A stretch of DNA of 64,000 nt from Peptococcaceae bacterium UBA7702 (GTDB lineage: Bacteria; Bacillota; Dehalobacteriia; UBA7702), in the NCBI GenBank assembly GCA_002482535.1, contig DLGE01000008.1:15157-79156 (forward strand), in the 5' to 3' direction. The position numbers and the translations under genes are program-made. Of this stretch, positions 48,257 to 57,768 are shown piece by piece. Under the pieces are notes generated by a model that searched no databases, was not told where the DNA came from, and saw only the letters and a list, made by a program, of their open reading frames with translations. Each line of letters starts with the position of its first letter. Position 1 is the stretch's first letter.

Positions 48257-48976
48257 ATGCGGATCTTGGGACTGAAAGTGAATAAGGTGACCATGGAGGA
48301 AACCCTGGCCTTTATCGACGAAGCATTAAGGAAAGACGGTCTTACCCAGGTGATCACGTTAAACGCGGAAATTGCTTACGGCGCCTACGGCGATGAGGAA
48401 CTGACAGCCCTCATCAACAACGCCGATTTGGTGACCGCCGATGGCTCCGGCATTCTTTGGGCCGCCCCTCAATACGGTGAAATCATCGGCGAGCGCGTCT
48501 GCGGCATTGATTTACTGACGGAACTGCTACAGAAATATAACGACGGCAGCTACGGCTTCTATTTTCTTGGCGCTAAACCGGAAGTCGCATCCCTGGCGGC
48601 GGCAAAAATACGGCAAACCTATCCCCATTTACAATTCTGCGGTTATCACCACGGCTATTTCGGCAAGGAAAACAGTGAAGATATGGCCGCCATCATCGCC
48701 AAAAGCGGCGCTGATATCCTCATTGTGGCCATGGGCGCGCCGTTTCAGGATCTCTGGATCGCGACATATGGTGAAGATTGCAACGTGAAGGTCGGTATTG
48801 GCGTCGGCGGCAGCCTGGACATCCTCGCCGGTGTGGCCAAGCGGGCGCCTAACTTCTTCCAGGAATTCCATTTGGAATGGCTTTACCGCCTGCTGAAGCA
48901 GCCAAGCCGGTTCAGAAGAACGATGGCGCTGCCGAAATTCATGCGTTTGGTAAAAAAAGATCGAAATCGAGAATGA
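48257..48976 (+). CDS. WecB/TagA/CpsF-family glycosyltransferase (TagA-like ManNAc transferase)
   Basis: ILGLKVNKVTMEE..VITLNAEI..LVTADGSGILWA pattern. The start could instead be GTG at 48242. Confidence 0.75.
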   Translation: MRILGLKVNKVTMEETLAFIDEALRKDGLTQVITLNAEIAYGAYGDEELTALINNADLVTADGSGILWAAPQYGEIIGERVCGIDLLTELLQKYNDGSYGFYFLGAKPEVASLAAAKIRQTYPHLQFCGYHHGYFGKENSEDMAAIIAKSGADILIVAMGAPFQDLWIATYGEDCNVKVGIGVGGSLDILAGVAKRAPNFFQEFHLEWLYRLLKQPSRFRRTMALPKFMRLVKKDRNRE

Positions 48977-49005
48977 TCGCAAACAGCGTATTTTATCTAC
49001 ATTTT

Positions 49006-49037
49006 GAGGCGTTTTTTTAAAAAAATGCCTCTTTTTT
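49006..49037 (+). terminator. intrinsic terminator
   Basis: GAGGC-GTTTTTTTAAAAAAAT-GCCTC followed by TTTTTT. Confidence 0.6.
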
Positions 49038-49058
49038 CATTTTTATATCAGAAAAAAC

Positions 49059-49087
49059 TTGATGAACAGATGATTTTTCGGTACAAT
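49059..49087 (+). promoter_or_regulatory. sigma-A-like promoter
   Basis: TTGATG, 17-nt spacer, TACAAT. Confidence 0.5.
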
Positions 49088-49168
49088 ATAGAGTAGAATA
49101 AGTATAAGTATGATTTGAACGCGAAGGAATTCGGTCTTAAAATAAACAGGGAAGAAGGATAATGAAAC

Positions 49169-51016
49169 ATGGCAAAGGTTTGTATTTCCGGATATTACGG
49201 CTACGACAGCATCGGGAATGAACTGGTTCTGATGAGCATGGTAAACGCCTTGCGCCGCCAGTCGGAAAATATGGAGATCGTGGTATTTTCCGGCAATCCC
49301 ACAAAGACAGAAGAGGATTTTGATGTCATCGCGGTGGACCGCGATAATTGGAATATGGTGAAAAGCGAACTGAAAACCGCTGATCTTTTAATCAGCGGCG
49401 GCGGTCACTTGCTCCGGGAAGACGCCAATATGGATGTTCTGAAATATTACCTCAAAGTCATCAAAACGGCGCTGCGCTGTAAAAAGCCGGTTTTTGTTTT
49501 TAATCAAGTAATTGGCCCCCTGACCTCTTCCCGCGCCAAAAACATGGTGGCCAAGGTGATGCAGAAAGTCCAGAAAATCACCGTTGCCGATCAAGACAGC
49601 GCCGATCTCCTGCATTCCATGGGGATCCGCCGGGGCAGAATTCACATGGTGGAAGATCCCGTTCTTGCCATGACGGATTTTGAAACGGAATGGAACCTGA
49701 CCCATATCGTCCAGCCCGAGGAAAAACCGGTGGCGCGTCCTTTTGCCAAAAAACAGGAGCATGAGGAAAGCCCGGCCATCAATTACGATGGCATGGAAGT
49801 GGAAATTGAAATCCGCATTGTAGAGCCGGAACCGACAGCGGAACCGACAATAGGGGCAGCTCAAGGCACAGAAGTGACTGGGGATACCATTGAAATCGTT
49901 TCCGCAAGCCAAGCAAAAGCCGACGAAGATTTGGTCTTAGCAGCGGCGGCCGCCGAAGCAAGCGCTGAAAACGTGGTGGAAGTGACGCCGGAAATTGCCA
50001 CTAAGATAGCGGCTACCGCCGGGGAAAAAGCCGGCGAGTTGGCGCCGGCGGAAGAACTGAAGCAAGATACCGCGGCAACAGCTGCGGCGGAAATCATAGA
50101 AGAAATGACGGAAGAAGCTGTAGTGGAAGCCGTGGCTGAAATCCCGGCGGCAACCGGGAAAACGAATAAAAAACCGGTAAAACCCGGCAAAAAGACGGGG
50201 AACCGTCCCCATAACCTCGGTCTTGTGGTGCCGTCCTTTTGGAAAAAACCCGGCGAAAAGTTTGTTGCCTTTACCGTCTCCGCCAGAACGGATCTCCCGG
50301 TCACCCAGGTTACCGCCATGGCCGATTACATGGTTGAGCAAGGATATGAGGTGGTCTTCCTGCCGGTGAACTATCCCGACGATGTTCTTTTGGCCAAGGA
50401 GATCATCGCGATGATGAAAAATCCCGCCTACGAGGTGGATGCTAAAATGTCGCCGCAATCGCTGCTGACGGCCATTGGCGAAGTTGATTTCGTCTTCTCT
50501 TCGGAAATTTATCCGATGATGCTGGCCGCTGTTTGCAAAAAACCCTTTGCCTCCCTTTGTAATAGCAGCCGTGCCCTTGATTTCGTCACAGGGCTGGGGC
50601 TTACGCCCACCGGTAATCTTTTGGCTTACGATGGGGAAGCCTTTATTCGCAATTTCAAGGCTGCTGTGGCCAATCCGGAAGTGATTGTCTCGGCCATCGA
50701 AACCAATCTCCCTGATTTGCAGGAAAAAGCGGAATATGGCATGGGCCTTTTGCAGATCCTCTTTGAGCAGATTCAACGGAAAAAACACAGAGCGGAGCGG
50801 GGAAATGCGAGCCGCGTCCAAGACCGGCAGACGGAACGCCGCACTACCCAGACCAGAAGTATTGTGGGGGGCAAAGAAGAGCAATCCCTGCCCCAAAATG
50901 AGGAAGCCGGCGTCGTCCTTGAGGACGCGGTAACGCTGTCGGCGGAAGACTGCAAAAAGGAGCCGGCGGCGGAAAAAACCCCGGTCGAAGCGGCTCAAAC
51001 GGAAAAAGAAGCATAA
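49169..51016 (+). CDS. CsaB-type polysaccharide pyruvyl transferase with a large low-complexity insertion and C-terminal tail
   Basis: N-terminal ISGYYGYDSIGNE..LISGGGHLLRED..VFNQVIGPL, followed by about 168 aa of Ala/Glu/Thr-rich sequence, then the second half of the fold. Confidence 0.65.
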   Translation: MAKVCISGYYGYDSIGNELVLMSMVNALRRQSENMEIVVFSGNPTKTEEDFDVIAVDRDNWNMVKSELKTADLLISGGGHLLREDANMDVLKYYLKVIKTALRCKKPVFVFNQVIGPLTSSRAKNMVAKVMQKVQKITVADQDSADLLHSMGIRRGRIHMVEDPVLAMTDFETEWNLTHIVQPEEKPVARPFAKKQEHEESPAINYDGMEVEIEIRIVEPEPTAEPTIGAAQGTEVTGDTIEIVSASQAKADEDLVLAAAAAEASAENVVEVTPEIATKIAATAGEKAGELAPAEELKQDTAATAAAEIIEEMTEEAVVEAVAEIPAATGKTNKKPVKPGKKTGNRPHNLGLVVPSFWKKPGEKFVAFTVSARTDLPVTQVTAMADYMVEQGYEVVFLPVNYPDDVLLAKEIIAMMKNPAYEVDAKMSPQSLLTAIGEVDFVFSSEIYPMMLAAVCKKPFASLCNSSRALDFVTGLGLTPTGNLLAYDGEAFIRNFKAAVANPEVIVSAIETNLPDLQEKAEYGMGLLQILFEQIQRKKHRAERGNASRVQDRQTERRTTQTRSIVGGKEEQSLPQNEEAGVVLEDAVTLSAEDCKKEPAAEKTPVEAAQTEKEA

Positions 51017-52593
51017 TGCTTTCTGCTTTGCGCCGCAGTAAAAACGAGCCCGCTTTCAGAAACAGCGTGACCGTGGCCACGGCAGTGGTTTTGCTGATGA
51101 ATCTCCTCAGTAAGGTATTGGGCTTTGTCAGAGAAATGGTCGTCGCCCGGGTTTTCGGTGCGACGATGTATACCGATGCCTACCTGGTGGCTTACACCCT
51201 GCCCTATTCCGCGCAGCAGATCATCGGTTGGGCCATTGTTTCCGTGACCGTACCGTTGCTGACAAAATATATCGTTGACGGTAAAAACAGGGAAGCCAAC
51301 CTGGCCGCCAACAGCTTTTTAAACAGTACGGCACTGCTTATGCTCATCGTTTCCCTCCTCGGCATTGTTTTTGCGCCGCTGCTGGTAAAAGTGACCGCGC
51401 CGTCCCTGGAACAGGAAACGGCGTTATTGGCGATTCAGATGACGCGGATCATGTTCCCCTCGGTGTTTTTTGTCTGTGTTGGCATGGTGCTTACCGGCAT
51501 TTTAAATGCCCATCACCACTTTGCCGTTGGCGCCTTCGCCCCGGCCTTTAGCAGTATCATCATCATTGCCGCGGTGCTCTTTGCCGGCAGCCACTGGGGT
51601 ATTTACGGACTGGCCGTCGGCACCCTGGTTTCCTTTATCGGTTTTCTTTTGGTTCAGCTGCCTTCTGCTTTGGCCACGGGGTACCGCTACGTTTTTCAAC
51701 TACCCCATCATAACCCGGAAGTAAAGGCGGCTTTGGTTTCACTGGTGCCCATCATTTTAGGGATGTCGGTGAATCAGATTTATTATATTTTGAATCGCGT
51801 CTTCGCCTCCGGCCTCGCCGAAGGGAGCATTTCTTCACTGAACTACGCCGCGAAGCTGGCCCAGTTTCCCGCCGGGGTTTTTGTCTTGGCCATCGCCGTG
51901 GCGGTTTATCCGTCTTTGACGGAATATGCCCTAAAAGGGGATCTGCAACGGTTCCGCGACGCTTTGGAAAAAGGTCTCGGTGTGGTGCTGCTTTTGGCGG
52001 CTCCCGCCGCCGTGGGCCTCGCCGTCCTCCGCGTTCCCATTGTGCGGCTGCTCTTTGAAGGCGGCGCTTTCACCGCCACCGATACCCTGCATACCGCTTC
52101 GGCGCTGCTCTTTTATACCGGCGGAATCGTGGCGTATTCGCTGATTCTCGTGCTTTTGCGCGTATTCTTTGCTTTCCGCGACGTGAAAACACCGGTTTTG
52201 GCCGGTCTTTTCGGGATCGCAGCCAATGTGGCCGTCAGTTTCCTGACCCTAAAAACCATGGGCCATAATGGCCTTGCCCTTGCCACTTCCCTGGGAAGCA
52301 TCGTTAATATGCTGGTCTTCTTTGTGCTTTTAAAGAAACACTTGCCGTCGATGACCTTCGGACCGCTGCTGCTTTCCGTATTAAAAATCAGCGCAGCTTC
52401 CCTTTTGATGGGGGTTGCAGTCTATGGGGTGTCGCTGTTTTTCGATGGTTCCTCTGATCTGCTCTGCGTGCTCAGCGGTATTGCCGTTGGCCTGATTGTC
52501 TATCTGATTTTCGTCTTTTTGCTGCGTCTCCCCGAGGGCGTTTGGGTCAAAGAACTATTGCTCAAAAAACGCGGTGAAAAACATATATCATAA
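51016..52593 (+). CDS. murJ: MurJ/MviN-family flippase (copy 1)
   Basis: 525 aa with about 14 TM segments. LSKVLGFVREMVVARVFGA..TDAYLVAY is the typical N-terminus. The start overlaps the upstream stop. Confidence 0.8.
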   Translation: MLSALRRSKNEPAFRNSVTVATAVVLLMNLLSKVLGFVREMVVARVFGATMYTDAYLVAYTLPYSAQQIIGWAIVSVTVPLLTKYIVDGKNREANLAANSFLNSTALLMLIVSLLGIVFAPLLVKVTAPSLEQETALLAIQMTRIMFPSVFFVCVGMVLTGILNAHHHFAVGAFAPAFSSIIIIAAVLFAGSHWGIYGLAVGTLVSFIGFLLVQLPSALATGYRYVFQLPHHNPEVKAALVSLVPIILGMSVNQIYYILNRVFASGLAEGSISSLNYAAKLAQFPAGVFVLAIAVAVYPSLTEYALKGDLQRFRDALEKGLGVVLLLAAPAAVGLAVLRVPIVRLLFEGGAFTATDTLHTASALLFYTGGIVAYSLILVLLRVFFAFRDVKTPVLAGLFGIAANVAVSFLTLKTMGHNGLALATSLGSIVNMLVFFVLLKKHLPSMTFGPLLLSVLKISAASLLMGVAVYGVSLFFDGSSDLLCVLSGIAVGLIVYLIFVFLLRLPEGVWVKELLLKKRGEKHIS

Positions 52594-52604
52594 AGTGAGA
52601 AACG

Positions 52605-53633
52605 ATGTTAAGAGTTTTGGCAGCCTTTCTCGTCGCTTTGGCCGTCACTTTACTGGTGACGCCGCAGACGAAGAAACTGGCGATAAAATTAGGGGTTTAT
52701 GACGAACCCGATGCAAGAAAAGTACATAAAGGGATGATGACGCGTTTGGGCGGCCTTGGGATCTACGCCGGATTTTTGGCCGGATTCCTCGTATATGGCG
52801 ATTTTTCCCGACCCATGCTGGGGCTTTTGGTGGGTTCCAGTTTTGTGACCGCCGTCGGTTTTTACGACGATATCAGAAATATTTCGCCGAAGCTCAAATT
52901 ATTGGGTCAAATCGTCGCCGCTGTGATCTTAATGGTCTTCGGTGTCCATTTGGAATACCTGACGATTCCCTTTACCGAGAGCATCATCGATATCGGCATC
53001 CTCGGTTATCCTCTTTCCGTCCTCTGGGTGGTGGGGATTTGCAATGCCGTCAACCTCATCGACGGTCTTGACGGCCTCGCTTCCGGCGTTTCGGCCATTG
53101 CGGCCTTATCCATGGGTATTGTGGCCTATGTCAGTAGTCTGTCCATGGTCGCTGCTCTCTGCCTCGTCCTTGTCGGCAGCATTTTAGGCTTTTTAAAGTG
53201 GAACTTTCATCCGGCCAAACTTTTTATGGGGGACTGCGGTTCCCTTCTGCTCGGCTTTGTGTTGGCAGTGTTCTCCTTGCTGGGGCTGTCGGAAGGGGCG
53301 ACGCTGATCGCCCTGTTTGTACCCATCATCATCTTGGGGATTCCCGTACTCGACACATTGTTCGCCATCATCCGCCGCCGCCGGCAGCATAAGCCGGTTT
53401 TTCAGGCGGATAAAGGACATTTTCATCATCAACTGCTGGATTTGGGCCTGAGTCACAAGGATACGGTGCTTTTCATTTACGCCATTACTCTTTTATTCGG
53501 CACCGTGGCGGTACTGATCACTTTGCTGCCGTCTTTTTACAGCATCATCGTGTCTGTGCTGGCCTTGATCCTGATTTTCGCCGGTTCGTTGAAACTGGGG
53601 ATTTTCGGTGAACGAAGAAATACAGAGGAATAA
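52605..53633 (+). CDS. MraY/WecA-family undecaprenyl-phosphate GlcNAc-1-phosphate transferase (TagO-like)
   Basis: Motifs DDIRNISPK and NAVNLIDGLDGLA. Confidence 0.8.
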   Translation: MLRVLAAFLVALAVTLLVTPQTKKLAIKLGVYDEPDARKVHKGMMTRLGGLGIYAGFLAGFLVYGDFSRPMLGLLVGSSFVTAVGFYDDIRNISPKLKLLGQIVAAVILMVFGVHLEYLTIPFTESIIDIGILGYPLSVLWVVGICNAVNLIDGLDGLASGVSAIAALSMGIVAYVSSLSMVAALCLVLVGSILGFLKWNFHPAKLFMGDCGSLLLGFVLAVFSLLGLSEGATLIALFVPIIILGIPVLDTLFAIIRRRRQHKPVFQADKGHFHHQLLDLGLSHKDTVLFIYAITLLFGTVAVLITLLPSFYSIIVSVLALILIFAGSLKLGIFGERRNTEE

Positions 53634-53645
53634 GGAGACAAAACT

Positions 53646-54449
53646 GTGGGTAAAAAGATTCTAATCCTGCTTTTGGCAACCATTTTTAGTTTGGCCATCG
53701 GCTTCGGCATCGGCCTCGTCGTCCAAAACGGTGGTTTTGACGGCATCTTTTCTTTTTTGCAAAGCGATAAGAACGAGGAAACCGAGAATTTTGTCGGCAA
53801 AGTCGTTACCGTCGGTGAAAACACCGCCAATGTTTACGAGAAGGCCAACGCCGCTTCGGCAGTGATCTACGCCATGAGCAATGGGGAGACTGCCACCTGT
53901 CTTGAGCAGACCGAAGAGTGGCTGAAATTGGAAATCACCGAAGGCGTTTACGGCTATGCCCACGCCGCCCTATTTTCTCTGGCCACAGACTATACCCCCA
54001 TCGACGACACCGAAACCACTCCGGAAGTGGAAACAGAGCCGGAAACGACTTATATGACGCCCAGCGTTAACGTGCTTGACCTCTACGCCGGGAAATCCTC
54101 GGATTATGAAATCGTTGCCACCGTGTCCTACGGCGCCATTTTAGAACTGGTGGAAAAAGGCGATACCTGGTCTGAAGTAGCCACCCTGGAAGGGAAAAGA
54201 GGTTACGTGCTGACTTCTGAGATCATGACCACAGATTACGACCCTGACGCCGTTGTCGTACAGGTGACCAACAGTTACGTGAATATTCGAGCGGAGGCCT
54301 CTGCCGATTCCGATAAACTCGGTACCTTGGACCAAGGCGAAACCGCCGCTTATATCGGAGAAGAAGACGGATTCTACCATATCGAAACGGAAGACGGCAT
54401 CAAGGGGTATGTCAGCAAAGACTATACCGAGATGGTACAGGGGAATTAA
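53646..54449 (+). CDS. membrane-anchored protein with three SH3b-like repeats
   Basis: GTG start 8 nt after GGAG. N-terminal TM helix. Repeated ..V(Y/R)....A..S..(I/L)..(L/M)..GE.....E....W.K(L/V)......GY(A/V).. units. Confidence 0.6.
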   Translation: MGKKILILLLATIFSLAIGFGIGLVVQNGGFDGIFSFLQSDKNEETENFVGKVVTVGENTANVYEKANAASAVIYAMSNGETATCLEQTEEWLKLEITEGVYGYAHAALFSLATDYTPIDDTETTPEVETEPETTYMTPSVNVLDLYAGKSSDYEIVATVSYGAILELVEKGDTWSEVATLEGKRGYVLTSEIMTTDYDPDAVVVQVTNSYVNIRAEASADSDKLGTLDQGETAAYIGEEDGFYHIETEDGIKGYVSKDYTEMVQGN

Positions 54450-54462
54450 GGATCAAAAACCG

Positions 54463-54510
54463 CCGCAAACCTTTGTTCGCGTGTGAACGCAAAGGTTTGC
54501 GGTATTTTTT
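54463..54510 (+). terminator. intrinsic terminator
   Basis: 13-bp stem CCGCAAACCTTTG/CAAAGGTTTGCGG followed by TATTTTTT. Confidence 0.7.
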
Positions 54511-54580
54511 CCGCTTATGGTAAAATTCCCTGTCACGGCGGTTTCCTTTGTCGCCGTGACCACGGCGCAGAGGCCGAATC

Positions 54581-54608
54581 TTGACATCGGCGCAGGAAAC
54601 AGTATAAT
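54581..54608 (+). promoter_or_regulatory. sigma-A-like promoter
   Basis: TTGACA, 16-nt spacer, TATAAT. Confidence 0.6.
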
Positions 54609-54650
54609 TTAATTTGTAATATTATGTGCAGAATCCGAAAGGAGACTTCT

Positions 54651-56081
54651 ATGTACGATATTGCCATCATCGGTGCTGGCGTCGTCGGTTCGCTGATTGC
54701 CAGGGAACTGGCGAAATATAATCTATCCCTGATTGTTTTGGAAAAGGAAAATGATGTGGCCATGGGCAGCTCCAAGGCAAACAGCGGTATTGTTCACGCG
54801 GGCTACGACGCGAAAACGGGTACCTTAAAGGCCTTGCTCAATGTCAAAGGCTGTAAGATGATGCCCCGTGTCACCGAAGAGCTGGCTGTAGCATATCAAC
54901 AAAACGGTTCCCTGGTGGTTGCTTTCAGCAGCGAAGAAATGGAAACCGTAAAAGCTCTTTATACCCGGGGTAAGCTCAACGGCGTGGAAGATCTTGTCTT
55001 GGTGGAGCAAAAGGAACTTCGGCGTATGGAGCCCCAGCTCAATTCCGCCGCCATCGGCGCTTTATACGCCCCCAAAGCCGGGATTGTCTGTCCCTATACC
55101 TTAACCGTCGCCGCCCTGGGCAATGCCATGGATAACGGCGTGGCCTTAAAATGCAATTTTCCCGTGACTGCGCTTCACGATAGGAGCAGCCATTTTGAGA
55201 TCGTCTCCGGTTTAGAAGCCGTCGAAGCCGCTATGGTCATCAACGTGGCCGGTCTTTTTGCCGATGATATTGCCGCCATGGTTGGCGATGATTTCTTTTC
55301 CATTCATCCCCGCCGCGGGGAATACTATCTTTTTGACCGGGAAATGGCGGCACTGGCCAGGCAAACGATATTTCAAACGCCGACGGCCCGGGGCAAGGGC
55401 GTTCTCGTGACACCCACGGCCTACGGTAATTTGCTGATTGGCCCCAGCGCCGAAGATATCGAAAATAAAGAGGACAAAAAAACCAGCCAAGCCGGACTGG
55501 ACAAAATTTGGCACGACGCCCTAAAAACCGTGCCCAACCTACCGAAAAACGGGGTGATCACCGAGTTTACCGGCTTGCGGGCCTCCGGTAACACCGGCGA
55601 TTTTATCATTGCCCAATCTCCCGCGCACCCCCGTTTACTTCATGTAGCGGCCATTGATTCACCGGGACTCGCCGCTTCCCCTGGCATCGCCGTCTATGTT
55701 GAAGATATGCTGCGCCAAATCGGCATTTTGACCCAAAAGCGCAGTGTATTTTATCCCTATCGCCGCGGCATTCCCGTGTTGCGGGAGATGGGGAAAAAGG
55801 AACGGCTTGGGCTCATTGCCAAGAACCCCGCCTACGGCAGGATTGTTTGCCGCTGCGAGGAAATCAGCGAAGGCGAAATTTTAGACGCGATCCATCAGAA
55901 TCCCAAAGCCACCGATCTCGATGGCGTCAAGCGGCGCACCAGGAGCGGCATGGGGCGCTGCCAGGGCAGCTTTTGTATGCCCACCGTAACGGAGATCTTG
56001 AGCCGCGAAAGAGGCGTCCCCATGGAGCAAATCAGCAAAAAAGGTCCCGGTTCTGAAATTTTGGCCGGGAAGACGAAATAG
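54651..56081 (+). CDS. FAD-dependent oxidoreductase, GlpA/LhgO-like, with C-terminal BFD-like [2Fe-2S] domain
   Basis: Dinucleotide fold DIAIIGAGVVGS. C-terminal CRCEEISEGE...RCQGSFC. Confidence 0.75.
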   Translation: MYDIAIIGAGVVGSLIARELAKYNLSLIVLEKENDVAMGSSKANSGIVHAGYDAKTGTLKALLNVKGCKMMPRVTEELAVAYQQNGSLVVAFSSEEMETVKALYTRGKLNGVEDLVLVEQKELRRMEPQLNSAAIGALYAPKAGIVCPYTLTVAALGNAMDNGVALKCNFPVTALHDRSSHFEIVSGLEAVEAAMVINVAGLFADDIAAMVGDDFFSIHPRRGEYYLFDREMAALARQTIFQTPTARGKGVLVTPTAYGNLLIGPSAEDIENKEDKKTSQAGLDKIWHDALKTVPNLPKNGVITEFTGLRASGNTGDFIIAQSPAHPRLLHVAAIDSPGLAASPGIAVYVEDMLRQIGILTQKRSVFYPYRRGIPVLREMGKKERLGLIAKNPAYGRIVCRCEEISEGEILDAIHQNPKATDLDGVKRRTRSGMGRCQGSFCMPTVTEILSRERGVPMEQISKKGPGSEILAGKTK

Positions 56082-56092
56082 GGGGACAGGGG

Positions 56093-57361
56093 ATGAACAG
56101 CGCGGAAACAAATAGTTATGTGGATCTGGTGATCATCGGTGGCGGTCCCGCCGGCTTGGCCGCGGCGGTCAGCGCCAAAGAACAGGGTATCGACGATATT
56201 TTAGTGATCGAGCGCGATCACCGCCTCGGCGGTATTTTGCAGCAGTGCATTCACAGCGGCTTTGGCCTGCATCAATTCAGTGAAGAATTGACCGGGCCGG
56301 AATACGCCGCCCGTTATATTGAGCGCCTTCGGGAAATGGGCATTGCTTATTGCTGTAACACGATGGTCACCGATATGACGGCGGATCATCACCTTACCTG
56401 TGTCAGCCATGACCGGGGACTGCGGGAAATCAAAGCCGGGGCCATCATCTTGGCCATGGGCTGTAGGGAGCGGAACCGGGGCGCTTTGGCCATTCCGGGG
56501 ACACGTCCCGCCGGTGTTTACACCGCCGGTACGGCCCAGCGCTTCGTCAATAAAATGGGCTATCTGCCCGGCAAACAGGCGGTAATTTTGGGCAGCGGTG
56601 ATATTGGCCTGATCATGGCCCGCCGCCTAACTTTAGAAGGCGCCGAAGTCAAAGCGGTATTGGAACTGAGGCCTTTTTCCGGGGGTCTGAAACGCAATAT
56701 CGTCCAATGTCTCGATGATTTTGGGATCCCCCTGCTTTTAAGCCATACGGTAACGGAGATCCACGGCGAAGACCGGCTCACCGCTGTGACCGTCGCCGAA
56801 GTCGATCGGCATTTTGTACCCATCGAGGCCACGAAACGGCAGATTCCCTGCGATACGCTGCTGCTTTCCGTGGGGCTGATTCCCGAAAACGAGCTGGCCA
56901 AAGCGGCCCAAGTGGAATTGGATGCCGTCACCGGCGGCGCAAAAGTTGATGAAAACAGGGAAACCTCCGTTGCGGGGATTTTCTCCTGTGGCAACGTGCT
57001 CCACGTCCACGATCTCGTGGATTACGTTTCCGACGAAGCGGAAATCACCGGCCGTGCCGCGGCCCGCTATTTGCGGGGACATTTAAACGTTAGAGCCGCC
57101 CTGCCCACTGTGGCGGGGAAAGGCGTGGGCTATATCGTGCCCCAGTGGGTTACCGGCACCGACGGTGATCTTCGTCTCTATTTCCGTTCCGACGCCGTAT
57201 TCCGCGGCGCTGTGATCCGCGTGAAAAGCAACGGCAAAGAGCTGATCAAAAAGAACAAACGCATCGTAACCCCCGGTGAAATGGAAACAGTGACCTTGAA
57301 GCAGGAAGCTCTTTCCTCCCTGGGCAGGGAAATCACCGTAGAAGTGGAGCCGCAATCATGA
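56093..57361 (+). CDS. NAD(P)/FAD-dependent pyridine-nucleotide-disulfide-type oxidoreductase
   Basis: Rossmann motifs VIIGGGPAGLAAA and VILGSGDIGL. Confidence 0.75.
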   Translation: MNSAETNSYVDLVIIGGGPAGLAAAVSAKEQGIDDILVIERDHRLGGILQQCIHSGFGLHQFSEELTGPEYAARYIERLREMGIAYCCNTMVTDMTADHHLTCVSHDRGLREIKAGAIILAMGCRERNRGALAIPGTRPAGVYTAGTAQRFVNKMGYLPGKQAVILGSGDIGLIMARRLTLEGAEVKAVLELRPFSGGLKRNIVQCLDDFGIPLLLSHTVTEIHGEDRLTAVTVAEVDRHFVPIEATKRQIPCDTLLLSVGLIPENELAKAAQVELDAVTGGAKVDENRETSVAGIFSCGNVLHVHDLVDYVSDEAEITGRAAARYLRGHLNVRAALPTVAGKGVGYIVPQWVTGTDGDLRLYFRSDAVFRGAVIRVKSNGKELIKKNKRIVTPGEMETVTLKQEALSSLGREITVEVEPQS

Positions 57362-57720
57362 CCGAAACAAAACATCTTACCTGCATCGTTTGTCCCATGG
57401 GATGCCAGCTCAGCGCTACGGTAGAAAAGGGCGTTGTCACCCAGGTAGAAGGAAATCAGTGTCCCCGTGGGGAGAAATACGCTAAGGCGGAAGTGGTCAA
57501 TCCAGTGCGCATCCTAACTACAACGGTAAAGGTCCTTCACGGTGATCCCCTGCCGGTAAAATCCGCGGCGGCGCTGCCAAAAGATAAACTCTTTGACTGT
57601 ATGGCGGTTTTGCGAAACGTTACCGTCAAAGCCCCCGTTCCCCTCGGCGCGGTGATCGTCTCCGATATCTGCGGCAGCGGCGTGGATATGGTGGCCACCG
57701 CCGCCGTGGGTGAAGCATAA
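57358..57720 (+). CDS. DUF1667-family small Cys-rich protein
   Basis: LTCIVCPMGCQL...GNQCPRGEKY. The start overlaps the upstream stop (ATGA). Confidence 0.7.
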   Translation: MTETKHLTCIVCPMGCQLSATVEKGVVTQVEGNQCPRGEKYAKAEVVNPVRILTTTVKVLHGDPLPVKSAAALPKDKLFDCMAVLRNVTVKAPVPLGAVIVSDICGSGVDMVATAAVGEA

Positions 57721-57768
57721 AACAAGGTCCCCGCTGATTGGCGGAAATGTAAGAAAGAATGGCCGGAT

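Noticed and set aside
49937-50998. Long antisense ORFs opposite confident genes: 49937-50998, 21554-22534, 24733-25686, 58864-59823, 46190-46939, 27426-28121 and 22541-23254.
   Set aside because: These are shadow ORFs typical of GC-rich coding DNA. They have Arg/Gly/His-rich low-complexity translations and no RBS. They lie fully inside genes with clear family motifs on the other strand.
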